A stretch of DNA of 45,320 bases from an uncultured delta proteobacterium (GCA_963733195.1 CAVTCR010000016.1:1-45320), one strand, 5' to 3'; shown: positions 29,934-39,812, numbered from the stretch's first letter. Numbers and translations are program-made. The notes: generated from the sequence alone by a model not told the origin.

Positions 29934-30113
29934 CCCCTGGTGCGCCAATCTTTTGTGGTCTGATTTAGATGTAGCCATATGGAGACTCCTACATATAGCC
30001 AGGCAGAGGTGTCTATATGTGACCATTTCTGTCTACCCATAGGAACGTGTTTCTGCTAATAGGAACAAATGGTGCAGTTGAATTGTCGCCAGACAGCTTG
30101 TGAGAGAAACTTA

Positions 30114-30678
30114 TGACTGTTAGCTTCGCCGATATCGAGGACAAGTTCGACCGCGTGTTTGGCTTCATCCGTCTGCGACCTTGAGCGAATTCTCACTCTC
30201 GATCCAGGAGCCAACTTTGCTGTAGCCACCCTTGTCGCTTGTGCATGCGAGACCTTAGCGCGATATCGCTACGTGAAGGAAGAAAGGTGCCGATGCCTTT
30301 TCACAGCTTTTACCCTCCGGTCCGTTCCAGACGATAGCAAAGACGCTCTACGAGGTTCTCAGGAACGGTTTCGTTCATCATTCCAATGCCGCAGACATTC
30401 GAGTCGGTGGAACAATCGTGCGCCTTGCTGTCGCTTGGAAGGAGCACCTGCACCTTTCGGTAAAAGAGATTGAGGGTGTTCCTAATCTCATCCTTAATGT
30501 AACGCAGCTTTGCCGTGACCTCTTTTCGTCCTTTGACGAGTATCGAGCTAAACTAGAAAAGAATGGCGAGGCAAGGGATCGCTTTTTCACGACGTATCGC
30601 CAAATCGGCATAAAGGAGGTGACGGTTCCTAGTGAAATCGCTGCCTGGCGGGAAATTCTAAAAATTGATCAAACGTAA
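30114..30678 (+). pseudogene. HEPN-motif hypothetical protein, frameshifted
   Basis: Stitched reading: MTVSFADIEDKFDRVFGFI..DLERIL..ANFAVATLVACACETLARY...AKTLYEVLRNGFVHH..(RxxxxH)...LILNVTQLCRDL. Confidence 0.6.
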
Positions 30679-30776
30679 CCAGAGTATCTTTCGGTAAGGT
30701 CGTCTCTTGATGCAGGTTGCATCCCTATGCTATGCCGCACCGCGTAGGCCCGGAAGCGACACAGAGAGGTTCTTTC

Positions 30777-31428
30777 ATGGATCAAAACACTCAGTGGCGA
30801 CGCCGACTTGACGAAACATTGGACCGGCTTTCTGCTCAACTCCGAGCAGATCTCTACGACAACGTAGTTGTTGAGGTAGTTCGTGACTGGTTCAGTTCTT
30901 GGGATTCTGCTGGCTGATCTGAACACGAGGATACGTACCAAACTTTCTGAGCAATCCCCCCTAGTCGAGCGAAAAGTAAAGAGCGCCCTTGGGGAGTTTG
31001 AGTCCTCTTTGAAAGCAGACCTCCAATCGGCAGCAACAAACAGTCCGAAGGGAAACATAGACCTTGCGGGTGCCGAAGAGCAGATCTCGGCTCGTATCGC
31101 AGACATAATTGGCATGATAATTACGGTCGTCGGTGCCACACTGGCGGGAGGAGGGGGAACGGCACTCCTCGCTAGTGGGCCAGTCGGGTGGATCATTGGG
31201 CTAATCGGGGCTGCGATCGTCTATGTGCTTGGCCGTGGAGTTGTAAAAGACATGATCGAGACACAAATCCGAACAATGAGCCTCCCGCCGTTCCTGAAGA
31301 GATCTGCGAAGAGCAAGGTTGCCACTGAACTGTCCTTGAATGCGGGTAGATTCGAGGCCGAGATCCATTCGTTACTCCGAGAGAAATGTGAACCCCTTTA
31401 CCGCGCGATTCACGAAATCAATGTCTGA
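30777..31428 (+). CDS. Hypothetical protein with glycine-zipper membrane hairpin, one frameshift near 30900
   Basis: AGAGAGG RBS and ATG 30777; helical N-terminus, then LAGGGGTALLASGPVGWIIGLIGAAIV. Confidence 0.6.
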
Positions 31429-32319
31429 CTACTTCCGCCGTCTATCGAAAGAACCTGAGCTTCCTCCAGTGAAATACCGCTGGGAGAGTAAGTATCATTC
31501 TCTCCTTTCGAGAGAACCTGCCGAAGTGTTGGGAGTCGCCCTCGCCACTCCGGATATCGAAAGCAGCATTAGCGGGGCTCTTGCGGCGCGTTTTAACTAT
31601 AATGGTGACAAGTACGATAAGGTCATCGACTACGTATACAACGAGATAAAAGTCGGCGGGTCCAGCCTGCATCACAATCTTGATGGCTCACACACGTTTC
31701 AAGGAGCCCTGGGGGCGCTACGACAAACCTTTCCCGAGGAACACGATTTCACGTTACGCCTCGAAGCCCTGGAGCATCTCGCTCGCGATTTCACAACGCC
31801 CTCTGGAATTAACCCGTTCTTGTCACCGACCAGCTTTGCTCAGGCCAAGCTCTTCTTACAAGAGACTGGTCTATCCCCCTCGCTAGCGAATGATCTTTTG
31901 AATCTGAACGCTGCGGAGATGGCTGGGGCGGTCTTTGGACCGGGTCTCCTCTTGCTGCAAGGCTCTCTGAATAACGATGAGTCCACGTGGAGTGCCGCAC
32001 GGCAGGTTGGCCGTTTAGCAGCAACCTATTTCTTTGCTGGAAATGCGATTGGTCTCTTGTGGCGCTTGTGCTTTGTTCATCCGTTCCGTGACTGCCGACC
32101 ATCGAGAGGACGTTGTAACCAGCTATGCTATCGGAATTGGTGAGGTGGTTTTGGCCGCCACCCTATTCCCTTTCGTTCCCTTATCGGTAACCTTGATTAT
32201 CGCAACAGCGGCAAGTGCCTGGGTGGCACAAGCTGTTTAGGGCAGATCTTGGCTCGGAGCTTGACGCCCTCTTTCGCGTGCAGTTTCCGCAGTACAGATC
32301 TTACCTGAGTCAGATCTGA
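31421..32319 (+). CDS. Hypothetical membrane-associated protein, frameshifted near the 3' end
   Basis: ATG overlaps the previous stop; HHNLDGSHT..EHLARDFTTPSGINPF, then hydrophobic helices; a probable end at TGA 32319 just before the attC. Confidence 0.55.
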
Positions 32320-32342
32320 AAACGTAGGTTACGGAAGGGGCT

Positions 32343-32403
32343 GTCTAACAAAAGCTCGCAGGCCGACGCTCGCTACGCTCGCGGCTGAAGTTTAGCGTTA
32401 GGC
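32343..32403 (+). mobile_element. attC recombination site
   Basis: R'' GTCTAAC, internal imperfect palindrome GCAGGCCGACGCTCGCTACGCTCGCGGCTGAAG, R' GTTAGGC; 61 bp. Confidence 0.8.
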
Positions 32404-32416
32404 TTCAGTGACACAT

Positions 32417-33013
32417 ATGGACACTTGGCTTTCAACCGATCTTTATGAAGAAGCCATATCGGGCTTGCATCTTGCCGCGGGCAACACTCGGGCAGTAGCG
32501 GAATACCCCTATCCTTGGAAATGGGCCATTCTTGGCCTCCAGAGTGCCCTTCAGGCTTTCATGGTCCTTGCATTGGAGAACAGCAACGGTCTCCTCGCGC
32601 TCAAAGATGACACCGTGGCCAAGTGGATGCGGTCATACCGGGAGGGTAAACCCCTACCCGAGGAAAAACTTGACTGGTTTCCCGCTCTCTATGACAAGAT
32701 CAAAAGTAATCGCATGCTTTTCTTGGTTGTCAGCAAGAAGTATGAGCCAGATCCAACGCATGACTACAGTGTCAATAAGCTAAACGAGTTTAGAAATGCT
32801 TTCATCCACTTCTTGCCCAGCCGGTGGCTTCTTGACGTCACCGGCCTGCCCCGCATCTGCCGAGATTGCCTGGATGTGATTAAGTTTCTCGCGTGGGAGT
32901 CGGGCAACGTGACTTGGTACGATGACCGCACGGCTGAAAGGGCGAAACATGCGATCGAAGAGCTTGCCCTTGCTCTTGAGGCGAGGCGATTGCAATATAC
33001 ACTCAACGTTTAA
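32417..33013 (+). CDS. HEPN-domain protein (gene cassette)
   Basis: WKWAILGLQSALQAFM..., KLNEFRNAFIHF (RxxxxH); starts 14 bp after the attC and its stop lies inside the next R'' box. Confidence 0.75.
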   Translation: MDTWLSTDLYEEAISGLHLAAGNTRAVAEYPYPWKWAILGLQSALQAFMVLALENSNGLLALKDDTVAKWMRSYREGKPLPEEKLDWFPALYDKIKSNRMLFLVVSKKYEPDPTHDYSVNKLNEFRNAFIHFLPSRWLLDVTGLPRICRDCLDVIKFLAWESGNVTWYDDRTAERAKHAIEELALALEARRLQYTLNV

Positions 33014-33099
33014 CGCGTGACTGGAGTGGACCACCAAGGAAGCGGCCCGTCTTGACCAGGCTCGCTCGTCCGACGAGCTTCAGCCGCCAAGCGTTAGGC
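33008..33099 (+). mobile_element. attC-like site (degenerate)
   Basis: GTTTAAC overlapping the stop codon ... CAGCCGCCAAGC-GTTAGGC; 92 bp. Confidence 0.6.
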
Positions 33100-33119
33100 C
33101 CTAAGAGCACAAAGCGCGC

Positions 33120-34127
33120 ATGGATAACGGCATTGTCGATTCAAAAGTCCATTTGTTGCGAGCCGAAAAACTCGCTTCAGAGTTTGAGGTTTTAGGTGTT
33201 TCAATTATTGCTCATTTGTTAGCAATTCCTCGCCTTTTCTCGAAAAAAGAGTTTGATAGGATACCGGAGTCAACGATCCAATGGTTTGGCTATCTGTACA
33301 GTCACCATGAAAAGATGTTGGGGTACCGGCAGGCTTGGATCGGAAAGGCTTTTGAATATGCGGTCGCCGAACTGTTCAATAATCACTCCGAACCCTACTG
33401 GTCGCTGATTTGCAGAGGAATCGACAGCGCCCTGTTAACAAGAAAGTCTTCTCGGGTAAGCGCGGTAAGCCTTGATATCGAACGGCTGTCATGCGTTCGG
33501 GTTTCCAAGGAATGTGTAGATGCCGAAGATTTGAAACGTGAATTTGGTCGCTTTCGTATTCTCTCGGACGCAAGACGTTCCATCGAAAATGTAGCGAAAA
33601 AATATCCAGAGCTAGAAACCAAGGTTGATGTACTTTTTTGTGAGAGAGGAACTGTGGAAGCTCGCCGATTTGCTATCATGGCTTCGCTCAAAGTAAACAG
33701 GAAGGCCTTTTTACAGGACAACGTTCGCCAGGTTTTTCGCAGCTTCCCAATTGATTTGGGAATCAGTGTCGAAACAGAAAAGTACCGAGCTGTCAGATTC
33801 GAGGAAAGTGTAGGTGTTCACGTCGTTTATCTACCGATGGATGTTACGGAAGTATATGCTTGGGAAAATGCAACAAAGATAGTGGAAAGAGCCTTAATCG
33901 ACAGAGAGAGTAACCGAATTATCCGGTACTTCCGAAGTTTTTTCCGGCCAGAGACTCCCACATACTATTGGGTTGATTTCCTAGCCAAGAGACTAGAAGT
34001 AGATATCAAGGACGTTGCTCAAGAGATTCGCCAAAGGCTTGGCCAAGCACCAAGGGAGCGGCTTATTACTGTACCAGTTCTCCTTGGAACTGAAGAAGAC
34101 GCGGTACTGGATCTTGTTGTACAGTGA
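33120..34127 (+). CDS. Hypothetical protein, PD-(D/E)xK nuclease-like (gene cassette)
   Basis: GKAFEYAV helix, KVDVLF, ASLKVN arrangement; visibly AT-richer than the backbone; bounded by GTTAGGC (33093) and the complementary GCCTAAC (34142). Confidence 0.55.
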   Translation: MDNGIVDSKVHLLRAEKLASEFEVLGVSIIAHLLAIPRLFSKKEFDRIPESTIQWFGYLYSHHEKMLGYRQAWIGKAFEYAVAELFNNHSEPYWSLICRGIDSALLTRKSSRVSAVSLDIERLSCVRVSKECVDAEDLKREFGRFRILSDARRSIENVAKKYPELETKVDVLFCERGTVEARRFAIMASLKVNRKAFLQDNVRQVFRSFPIDLGISVETEKYRAVRFEESVGVHVVYLPMDVTEVYAWENATKIVERALIDRESNRIIRYFRSFFRPETPTYYWVDFLAKRLEVDIKDVAQEIRQRLGQAPRERLITVPVLLGTEEDAVLDLVVQ

Positions 34128-34286
34128 AGAGGCACTGTCGGGCCTAACCCTTGTCAGGCTTCCGGTGTCAAGAGGGCAGCCGGATGCCTGCGCACAGGGG
34201 CGGAGTGACTGTCCGTGAAACAATTGGTGATCCTGTAGAGCCAAGCGGTCGAGGTTGACTTGTTTCGGTTGAGCATAAAACTGATC

Positions 34287-34490
34287 CTATTTCCCCGGCG
34301 CCTTCACCAGCGCGATCGCCCCGCTTGGGCACAGATCCACAACGTCTTCTGCTGCCTCGCGCAAATCATCACCGATTGTTTCAACGATCACCCGCGGCGT
34401 GCCGTCAGGGTCGGATTTGATCAATTCTGCGTGCAAGTATGAACACTGACCGGCCTTGCGGCACTTTTGATAATCAATCACCAGCCGCAT
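34287..34490 (-). CDS. Ferredoxin (3Fe-4S type, P450-associated), copy 1
   Basis: CRKAGQC...CPSGAI; ATG immediately follows the P450 stop. Confidence 0.88.
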   Translation of the reverse strand: MRLVIDYQKCRKAGQCSYLHAELIKSDPDGTPRVIVETIGDDLREAAEDVVDLCPSGAIALVKAPGK

Positions 34491-34491
34491 C

Positions 34492-34842
34492 TCAGCGCCC
34501 TTCAACGTGCAAACTGAGCGGTAACCGTTCGAACCCAAAGACGACCGGGCTTTGTGATTGACGTACTGCGGCAGCGGTGCCGTGTGTGATGGTGGAGAAA
34601 CGATCAAGAAACGCATTCAACGAGATCTTCGCTTCTGCTCGCGCCAATGGCGCGCCTAAGCAGTAGTGAAGGCCGACGCCAAAGGCGACATGATTACGCA
34701 GGTCGCGATCGAGCCGGAATTCATCCGGATTGGGAAACTCTTTTGGGTCGCGATTGGCGGCACCGAAGAAAACCGCCACCAGTTCATTCGCGGGAATTGT
34801 GATTCCTGACAGCGTCACTTCTTTGGTCGTCGTGTGCAGCAA
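34492..34842 (-). pseudogene. Cytochrome P450 C-terminal fragment (5' truncated)
   Basis: AANRDP, NHVAFGVGLHYCLGAPLARAE (heme Cys); no ExxR or N-terminal part upstream. Confidence 0.88.
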
Positions 34843-34859
34843 TTGCTAATTTTCTGGGG

Positions 34860-34925
34860 GATTGCTTCGTTGCAAAGCCCGTTCTGAGCGAAGCGCAGTG
34901 GGGTCGAAGGGCTCCTCGCAATGAC
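34860..34925. repeat. REP/MITE-like element at the P450 truncation point
   Basis: GATTGCTTCG...(CTGAGCGAAGCG nested)...CTCCTCGCAATGAC. Confidence 0.6.
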
Positions 34926-35019
34926 TCCTCAAAACCACCCAAACGGACCACTGAAATTGTTGCTCCACTCCCGTTCCGCAACATACACGCCAACGTGTGA
35001 CCAGAGGTGAAGGAGGTCT

Positions 35020-36942
35020 TCACTTGCCACTCGACAAAGGCTGGTCGGGTTGCATCAGCGGGAGGACGATCGAAAAAGTAGTGCCCTGGCCTGGATGACT
35101 GTCTACGGTGATCCGCCCGCCATGGGCTTGTACGATACTCTTGCAGATCGAGAGACCTAATCCCATACCTCCTTTGGTTTTCGTGGTGAAAAAAGGTTGG
35201 AAAATCTTGTCACGATCTCGTCTCGCAATACCAGGTCCGGTATCGTTTACACTGACGGTGACCTCTTGACTGTGAGCATCTCCATTTCCTATGGCGTCTG
35301 CAGTCATTGTTGCGCGAACGCCCAATTTTCCTCCCTGTGGCATGGCCTCGATCGCGTTGAAGAATAAGTTCAGCAGCACTTGTTGCAATTGCTGCGCATC
35401 GATGTGCAGCTGCGGGAGGGCTGTCTCAACTTCGACTGTCGTCTCGATGCGCTGCTTACGGAGGGGCGTTGCCACTAAGAGTAGACTCGTGGTGAGTAGT
35501 TTGTGTAAATCGGTCCACACGAGATTGGTTGGCGCTGGACGGACAAAATCGACGAGGTCGCGAACGAGTCGTTTACAGCGTTGCGCCTCGCTTTCGATAA
35601 TCTCCAGTCGACGGCGCAGGGGGACGTCTCCCGGTACTTCTTGGAGGAGATCTTGGGCAAAGCCGAGAATAATGCCAATCGGATTGTTAAATTCATGAGC
35701 AAAGGACGCCGCAAGGTCACCCACAGCCACCCGCCGATCAGAAAAGATAAGCTGCTGCTCCCGGTCTTTGGCTAATTGACGGAACTGTTCTTCACTGCGG
35801 CGGAGTCGGGTCTCCATCCGCGTGCGCGCTGCCACTTCTTTTTCTAGTTGCGCATTGCTACGTACGAGTTCGGCGGTCCGCTCCTGCACGCGTCTTTCCA
35901 ATTCAGCGTGGGCCCGCCGTAAAGCGTCGTCTGCCAACTGGTGTTCTGTGTTATCGCGTGTCGCTCCGTACACTTGGGTGAGCTTACCCTGTGCATCGGC
36001 GATAGCCCACATGGAGGATTGCAGCCAGCGGACCTCTCCTTGTTTAGTCACAATACGAAGCTGATACGTAATCGGCTGGTCGGGAGGCAGCCCAGTGATG
36101 GTCGTGGTGACCCGTTCCAAGTCGTCCGGGTGGATGTACAAGTCAAGCGGGTTTGGGTGATTCCGCGCTTCTTCGACGGTGTAGCCAGTGATTTTTGTGA
36201 AGCTGTCAGTGAGCCAATCCAACACTAGCGTGCCTGTCGCTGAGAAGTGAAACGAAAACGCGTAATCAGATGTGGACTGACTGACAATACGATACCGCTC
36301 CTCGCTCTCTCGTAGGGCCTGTTCTGCCTGCCGTCTTTCAGCGACTTCGGTTTGCAGCAGAGTATTGAGGCGCCGCAATTCCGCCGTCCGCTCGTGCACA
36401 TGATGTTCGAGCTCTTCTTGTGTGTGGAGTCGCTCCTCTTCGAGGCGCTTGCGACTCGTGATGTCTGCGGCGATCCCACAGATCGCATAGGGGACTCCCG
36501 CTGCGTTGGAGAGTGGGAACTTCGCGGACAGCAACGTGCGAGGACCATCCTCGAAGGTAAGCGTCTCTTCAAACTCTACCGGTGTACCTGCGGCTAGCAC
36601 GTGTCGGTCGTTGGCGCGATATTGGTCTGCGAGTTCGTGCGGCAGGAAGTCATAGTCGGTCTTGCCTTTGATGTCCTGGATGGCACAGCGGGCATAGAGT
36701 GCGCTTTGGCGGTTGACGAACAAGTACCGACCAGCGAGATCTTTAATGAAGATGGCAACCGGCGCATGGTTAAGGATTGCCTCCAACATGGTTTCGTTAT
36801 CGCGTAACGCCTGTTGGGCGTGATGCAAGTCACGATCGTGCGCGGCCAAGAGTTGCCGTTGGGCCTCGACGGTGCGCTCGAGTTCGGCCGTGTGTTGTAG
36901 GAGACGCTGCATCGTTTCCCGATCGACAAGGTTATTGTTCAT
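35020..36942 (-). CDS. PAS-domain sensor histidine kinase (NtrB-like)
   Basis: Two PAS/PAC domains, H-box FAHEFNNP, QVLLNLFFNAIEAM, DTGPGI, FFTTK, GMGLGL. Start at MNNN is more likely than 37317. Confidence 0.93.
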   Translation of the reverse strand: MNNNLVDRETMQRLLQHTAELERTVEAQRQLLAAHDRDLHHAQQALRDNETMLEAILNHAPVAIFIKDLAGRYLFVNRQSALYARCAIQDIKGKTDYDFLPHELADQYRANDRHVLAAGTPVEFEETLTFEDGPRTLLSAKFPLSNAAGVPYAICGIAADITSRKRLEEERLHTQEELEHHVHERTAELRRLNTLLQTEVAERRQAEQALRESEERYRIVSQSTSDYAFSFHFSATGTLVLDWLTDSFTKITGYTVEEARNHPNPLDLYIHPDDLERVTTTITGLPPDQPITYQLRIVTKQGEVRWLQSSMWAIADAQGKLTQVYGATRDNTEHQLADDALRRAHAELERRVQERTAELVRSNAQLEKEVAARTRMETRLRRSEEQFRQLAKDREQQLIFSDRRVAVGDLAASFAHEFNNPIGIILGFAQDLLQEVPGDVPLRRRLEIIESEAQRCKRLVRDLVDFVRPAPTNLVWTDLHKLLTTSLLLVATPLRKQRIETTVEVETALPQLHIDAQQLQQVLLNLFFNAIEAMPQGGKLGVRATMTADAIGNGDAHSQEVTVSVNDTGPGIARRDRDKIFQPFFTTKTKGGMGLGLSICKSIVQAHGGRITVDSHPGQGTTFSIVLPLMQPDQPLSSGK

Positions 36943-37075
36943 AAGGGGAACTTTACGCCGAGGTTTCACCATACGTTTATTTCCATACGCTGAGGTTGGC
37001 GCTTTCTCAAGGCTACGCGTCTGACTCTCGTGACCCAAGAACGATGCCAGGTGCCTCTGGCTCCGCGAGATTTCT

Positions 37076-37091
37076 TGGCCTGTCTTTTGCT
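37076..37091 (+). promoter_or_regulatory. Sigma-54 -24/-12 promoter motif
   Basis: TGGCCTGTCTTTTGCT (GG-N10-GC). Confidence 0.55.
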
Positions 37092-37153
37092 CTGCTGTCT
37101 GAATGTTGGAGGTAGTCCAATTGCGGTTTTGCTCGTCGAGATCACGTAACTGA

Positions 37154-37414
37154 TACAAGGAGGCAAGTAAGGTCGCCCGGCAAAAGCTGGCGGAACTCGC
37201 GCGTACGCATCTACCGGAGGTGAAGCACGAACCCATCCTCCATGTGAGTAGCGATCCCGCACGTACGATACTTGAAGTAGAAAAAGACATCGACGCTGAT
37301 TTGATCGTGATGGCCACCCATGGATTGAGAGGGATTTTTCATTTGGTACTTGGGAGTCTGACCGAGAAAATGATGCGTGAAGCCCACTGCCCAGTGTTGT
37401 CGCTGCGGCAGTGA
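37154..37414 (+). pseudogene. Universal stress protein, C-terminal fragment
   Basis: DADLIVMATHG..G..HLVLGSLTEKMMREAHCPVL; the N-terminal half is missing. Confidence 0.75.
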
Positions 37415-37503
37415 TATGTTCATAGTCGATGTGACGATATGGGGTGAACATTCGCTTACGCACCCTGACGAGCGATGTAGAGAGCAAAGGAGCACACATC
37501 AGT

Positions 37504-37959
37504 ATGACGCCAGCAGAACAAAAGAAGATGCACCTCCGACGGTACTTTGCCGAAATCGTGAGCAAAGGCAACCTGGAGGCGATCCCTGACTTTGTCGCGC
37601 CTGACCTCGTCTTCTGGGGACCTTACACCTCAGAACCTATTCACGGTATTAAACGCTTCACGGAGTTAATCGCGATGCTGCAGGCTGCCTTCGACGATTT
37701 CCAGATTACTGAGGAAGAAATGGTCGTGGAGGACGACACTGTCGCCACGCGTTGGATCGCGTCCGGTGTGCATCGTGGCGAGTTTATGGGAACTGGACCG
37801 TCGGGGGAACCGTTTCGTTTTACCGGTACGGGATTTTACCGGATTGTAGACGGGAAGATCGTAGAGGTATGGTCCTTCAACGACAGTGTAGAGGTGATCC
37901 GTCAGCTCCGCAGTACTTCCACGCCTGTCGAGCCCACAGCTACGACAATAAAGAACTGA
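37504..37959 (+). CDS. SnoaL-like ester cyclase family protein
   Basis: AAGGAG RBS; AAFDDFQITEEEMVVEDDTVATRW...GVHRGEFMG..PSG, YRIVDGKIVEVW. Confidence 0.88.
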   Translation: MTPAEQKKMHLRRYFAEIVSKGNLEAIPDFVAPDLVFWGPYTSEPIHGIKRFTELIAMLQAAFDDFQITEEEMVVEDDTVATRWIASGVHRGEFMGTGPSGEPFRFTGTGFYRIVDGKIVEVWSFNDSVEVIRQLRSTSTPVEPTATTIKN

Positions 37960-38079
37960 CTGCTCCTGCGTTAGTGGCTCGCGTATTTTAATTTTACTCG
38001 GAGGAAGGGGTGTTTTCGTTAGTGCAGTATTGAATAATGCTCACGTATGAGACAGGGTCAAATCGGAGATGACAAGCTC

Positions 38080-39495
38080 ATGCAAGAACGTATTTTAGTG
38101 ATTGACGACGAAGAGCATATGCTCGTCCTCTTTGAGAGCGTCTTGGGGAAAGAAGGCTACGCCGTGGTGTGTGCCGCCTCTGCAGAGGATGCACTCCGTC
38201 TGTTGGAAACCGAGGAATTCGATTTAATCGTCTCTGACCTGTTGCTGCCAGGCATGGATGGACTCACCCTTTTGCAGCAGGTAAAGGCGCTGCGACCGAC
38301 GCTGCCGTACATTTTGCTGACCGGTCATGGCACTGTCCGTTCCGCCGTAGAGGCCATGAAGGAGGGAGCGACCGATTATTTGACCAAGCCGGTCGATACG
38401 GACGAACTGAAAGTAGTTATCGCCAAAGCCCTGGAATTGCGCCGCTTGACACGCGAAGTCGAACACCTGCGTGCACAGGTTGCCAATGGCCACGTCTTTC
38501 CCCATATCGTTGGTCAAAGCAAACCCCTGCAGGCGTTGTTACGGTTGGTAGATCTGGTGGCGGGTAGTGATGCCACGGTGCTCCTACAGGGAGAATCAGG
38601 CACCGGAAAAGAGCTGATTGCTCGTGCGATTCACGATCACAGTGCACGGCGCGAGCGACCGTTTGTCATTCTCGATTGCGGGACAGTGCCAGAGACCTTG
38701 TTGGAAAGTGAGTTGTTTGGCTACACCAAAGGGGCCTTCACTGGTGCAGTGACTAATAAGAAAGGCCTCTTTGAGGAAGCCAACGGCGGGACACTATTCC
38801 TGGACGAAATCGGGGACATCACGCCCATGTTTCAAGCCAAATTGTTGCGGGTGCTGCAGACTGGTGAAATCCGGCCGGTCGGTAGTATCCGACGCGTAGC
38901 GGTGGATGTGCGCGTAATCGCCGCGACTAATCGCGATCTCAAGCAGATGGTGGCGGAGCGTCAGTTTCGCGACGATCTCTACTATCGATTAGCGGTGGTT
39001 CCTTTGCGTGTTCCCCCCTTGCGAGAACGGAGAGAGGACGTGCCTCTGTTGATTGACCACTTCCTTGCCCGCTCGTGTCAGCGCAATGGGCGCGAACTCA
39101 AGACGATGTCGCCTGCCGGTCTGCGCCTGTTGTTGGAGGCACCGTGGCCCGGTAACGTGCGCGAGTTGGAGCATACCATCGAACGAGCCGTCGTACTGAC
39201 ATCGAGTATGGAGATCCCACCGGAGAGCGTTATTCTCGAGTCAGCAGTGAGCGCTGGGTTAACCTTTCTGTCGCGGCAGGAGGTGCGTCATGCACGCGAG
39301 GTCCTGGACAGTGCTGAACGAGAGAAGCTACGTGCCGCCCTCACGCAGGCGAATGGTAATCGGTCTCGCGCCGCTAAGGTACTAGGGATCAGTCGCTCAA
39401 CGCTCTATGAGAAGCTCAAACACTACCGGCTGAGTGCGAATCCACTGCGGGAAGAGGAGCTGTTGTCCGACCCTAACAGACACGCTAACTCCTGA
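38080..39495 (+). CDS. Sigma-54-dependent response regulator (NtrC/AtoC family)
   Basis: REC domain, GESGTGKE, ESELFG..GAFTGA, LFLDEIG, WPGNVREL, Fis-type HTH. Confidence 0.95.
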   Translation: MQERILVIDDEEHMLVLFESVLGKEGYAVVCAASAEDALRLLETEEFDLIVSDLLLPGMDGLTLLQQVKALRPTLPYILLTGHGTVRSAVEAMKEGATDYLTKPVDTDELKVVIAKALELRRLTREVEHLRAQVANGHVFPHIVGQSKPLQALLRLVDLVAGSDATVLLQGESGTGKELIARAIHDHSARRERPFVILDCGTVPETLLESELFGYTKGAFTGAVTNKKGLFEEANGGTLFLDEIGDITPMFQAKLLRVLQTGEIRPVGSIRRVAVDVRVIAATNRDLKQMVAERQFRDDLYYRLAVVPLRVPPLRERREDVPLLIDHFLARSCQRNGRELKTMSPAGLRLLLEAPWPGNVRELEHTIERAVVLTSSMEIPPESVILESAVSAGLTFLSRQEVRHAREVLDSAEREKLRAALTQANGNRSRAAKVLGISRSTLYEKLKHYRLSANPLREEELLSDPNRHANS

Positions 39496-39651
39496 GAAGG
39501 TCAGCGAAAATATCACAGCTAGTTGATACTGTCCAGTTCCAGTGGACAGTGACCCGCACAGTGCATACGGATGCGTAATGGTCCACGTTTACAGATCTTT
39601 TTCGCGAAATGGGTGTGCTGGGTGAACATACTCTGTCCGATGTACCAGACA
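39464..39651. promoter_or_regulatory. Three TGTC-N10/11-GACA palindromes (putative bEBP enhancer sites)
   Basis: At 39464-39482, 39530-39548 and 39634-39651, 150-330 bp upstream of a sigma-54 motif. Confidence 0.55.
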
Positions 39652-39796
39652 CCTCGCTCTCTGCTCGAACTGCTCTTAGCTCTGCCATCGCTCCGTCTTC
39701 GTTTATGCGTGAGGAAAAACGCCACAAAACCGTGTATGTCTATTGCTTTTCTGGACTTCTGACGAGCACTCATATCCGTGACAACGGGTAATTGTG

Positions 39797-39812
39797 TGGC
39801 GTGACTTTTGCT
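39797..39812 (+). promoter_or_regulatory. Sigma-54 -24/-12 promoter motif
   Basis: TGGCGTGACTTTTGCT. Confidence 0.62.

Noticed and set aside
30043-30074. LexA/SOS box (GAAC-N4-GTTC)
   Set aside because: Right half-sites do not match (GAACGTGTTTCT, GAACAAATGGTG).
30673-30749. attC site between the first HEPN gene and the gene at 30777
   Set aside because: ACGTAAC...GTAGGC boxes are imperfect and internal symmetry is weak; kept only as a possibility within the CALIN finding.
36943-37317. N-terminal 125-aa extension of the histidine kinase ORF
   Set aside because: It overlaps the USP fragment and a promoter on the opposite strand and is not domain-like.
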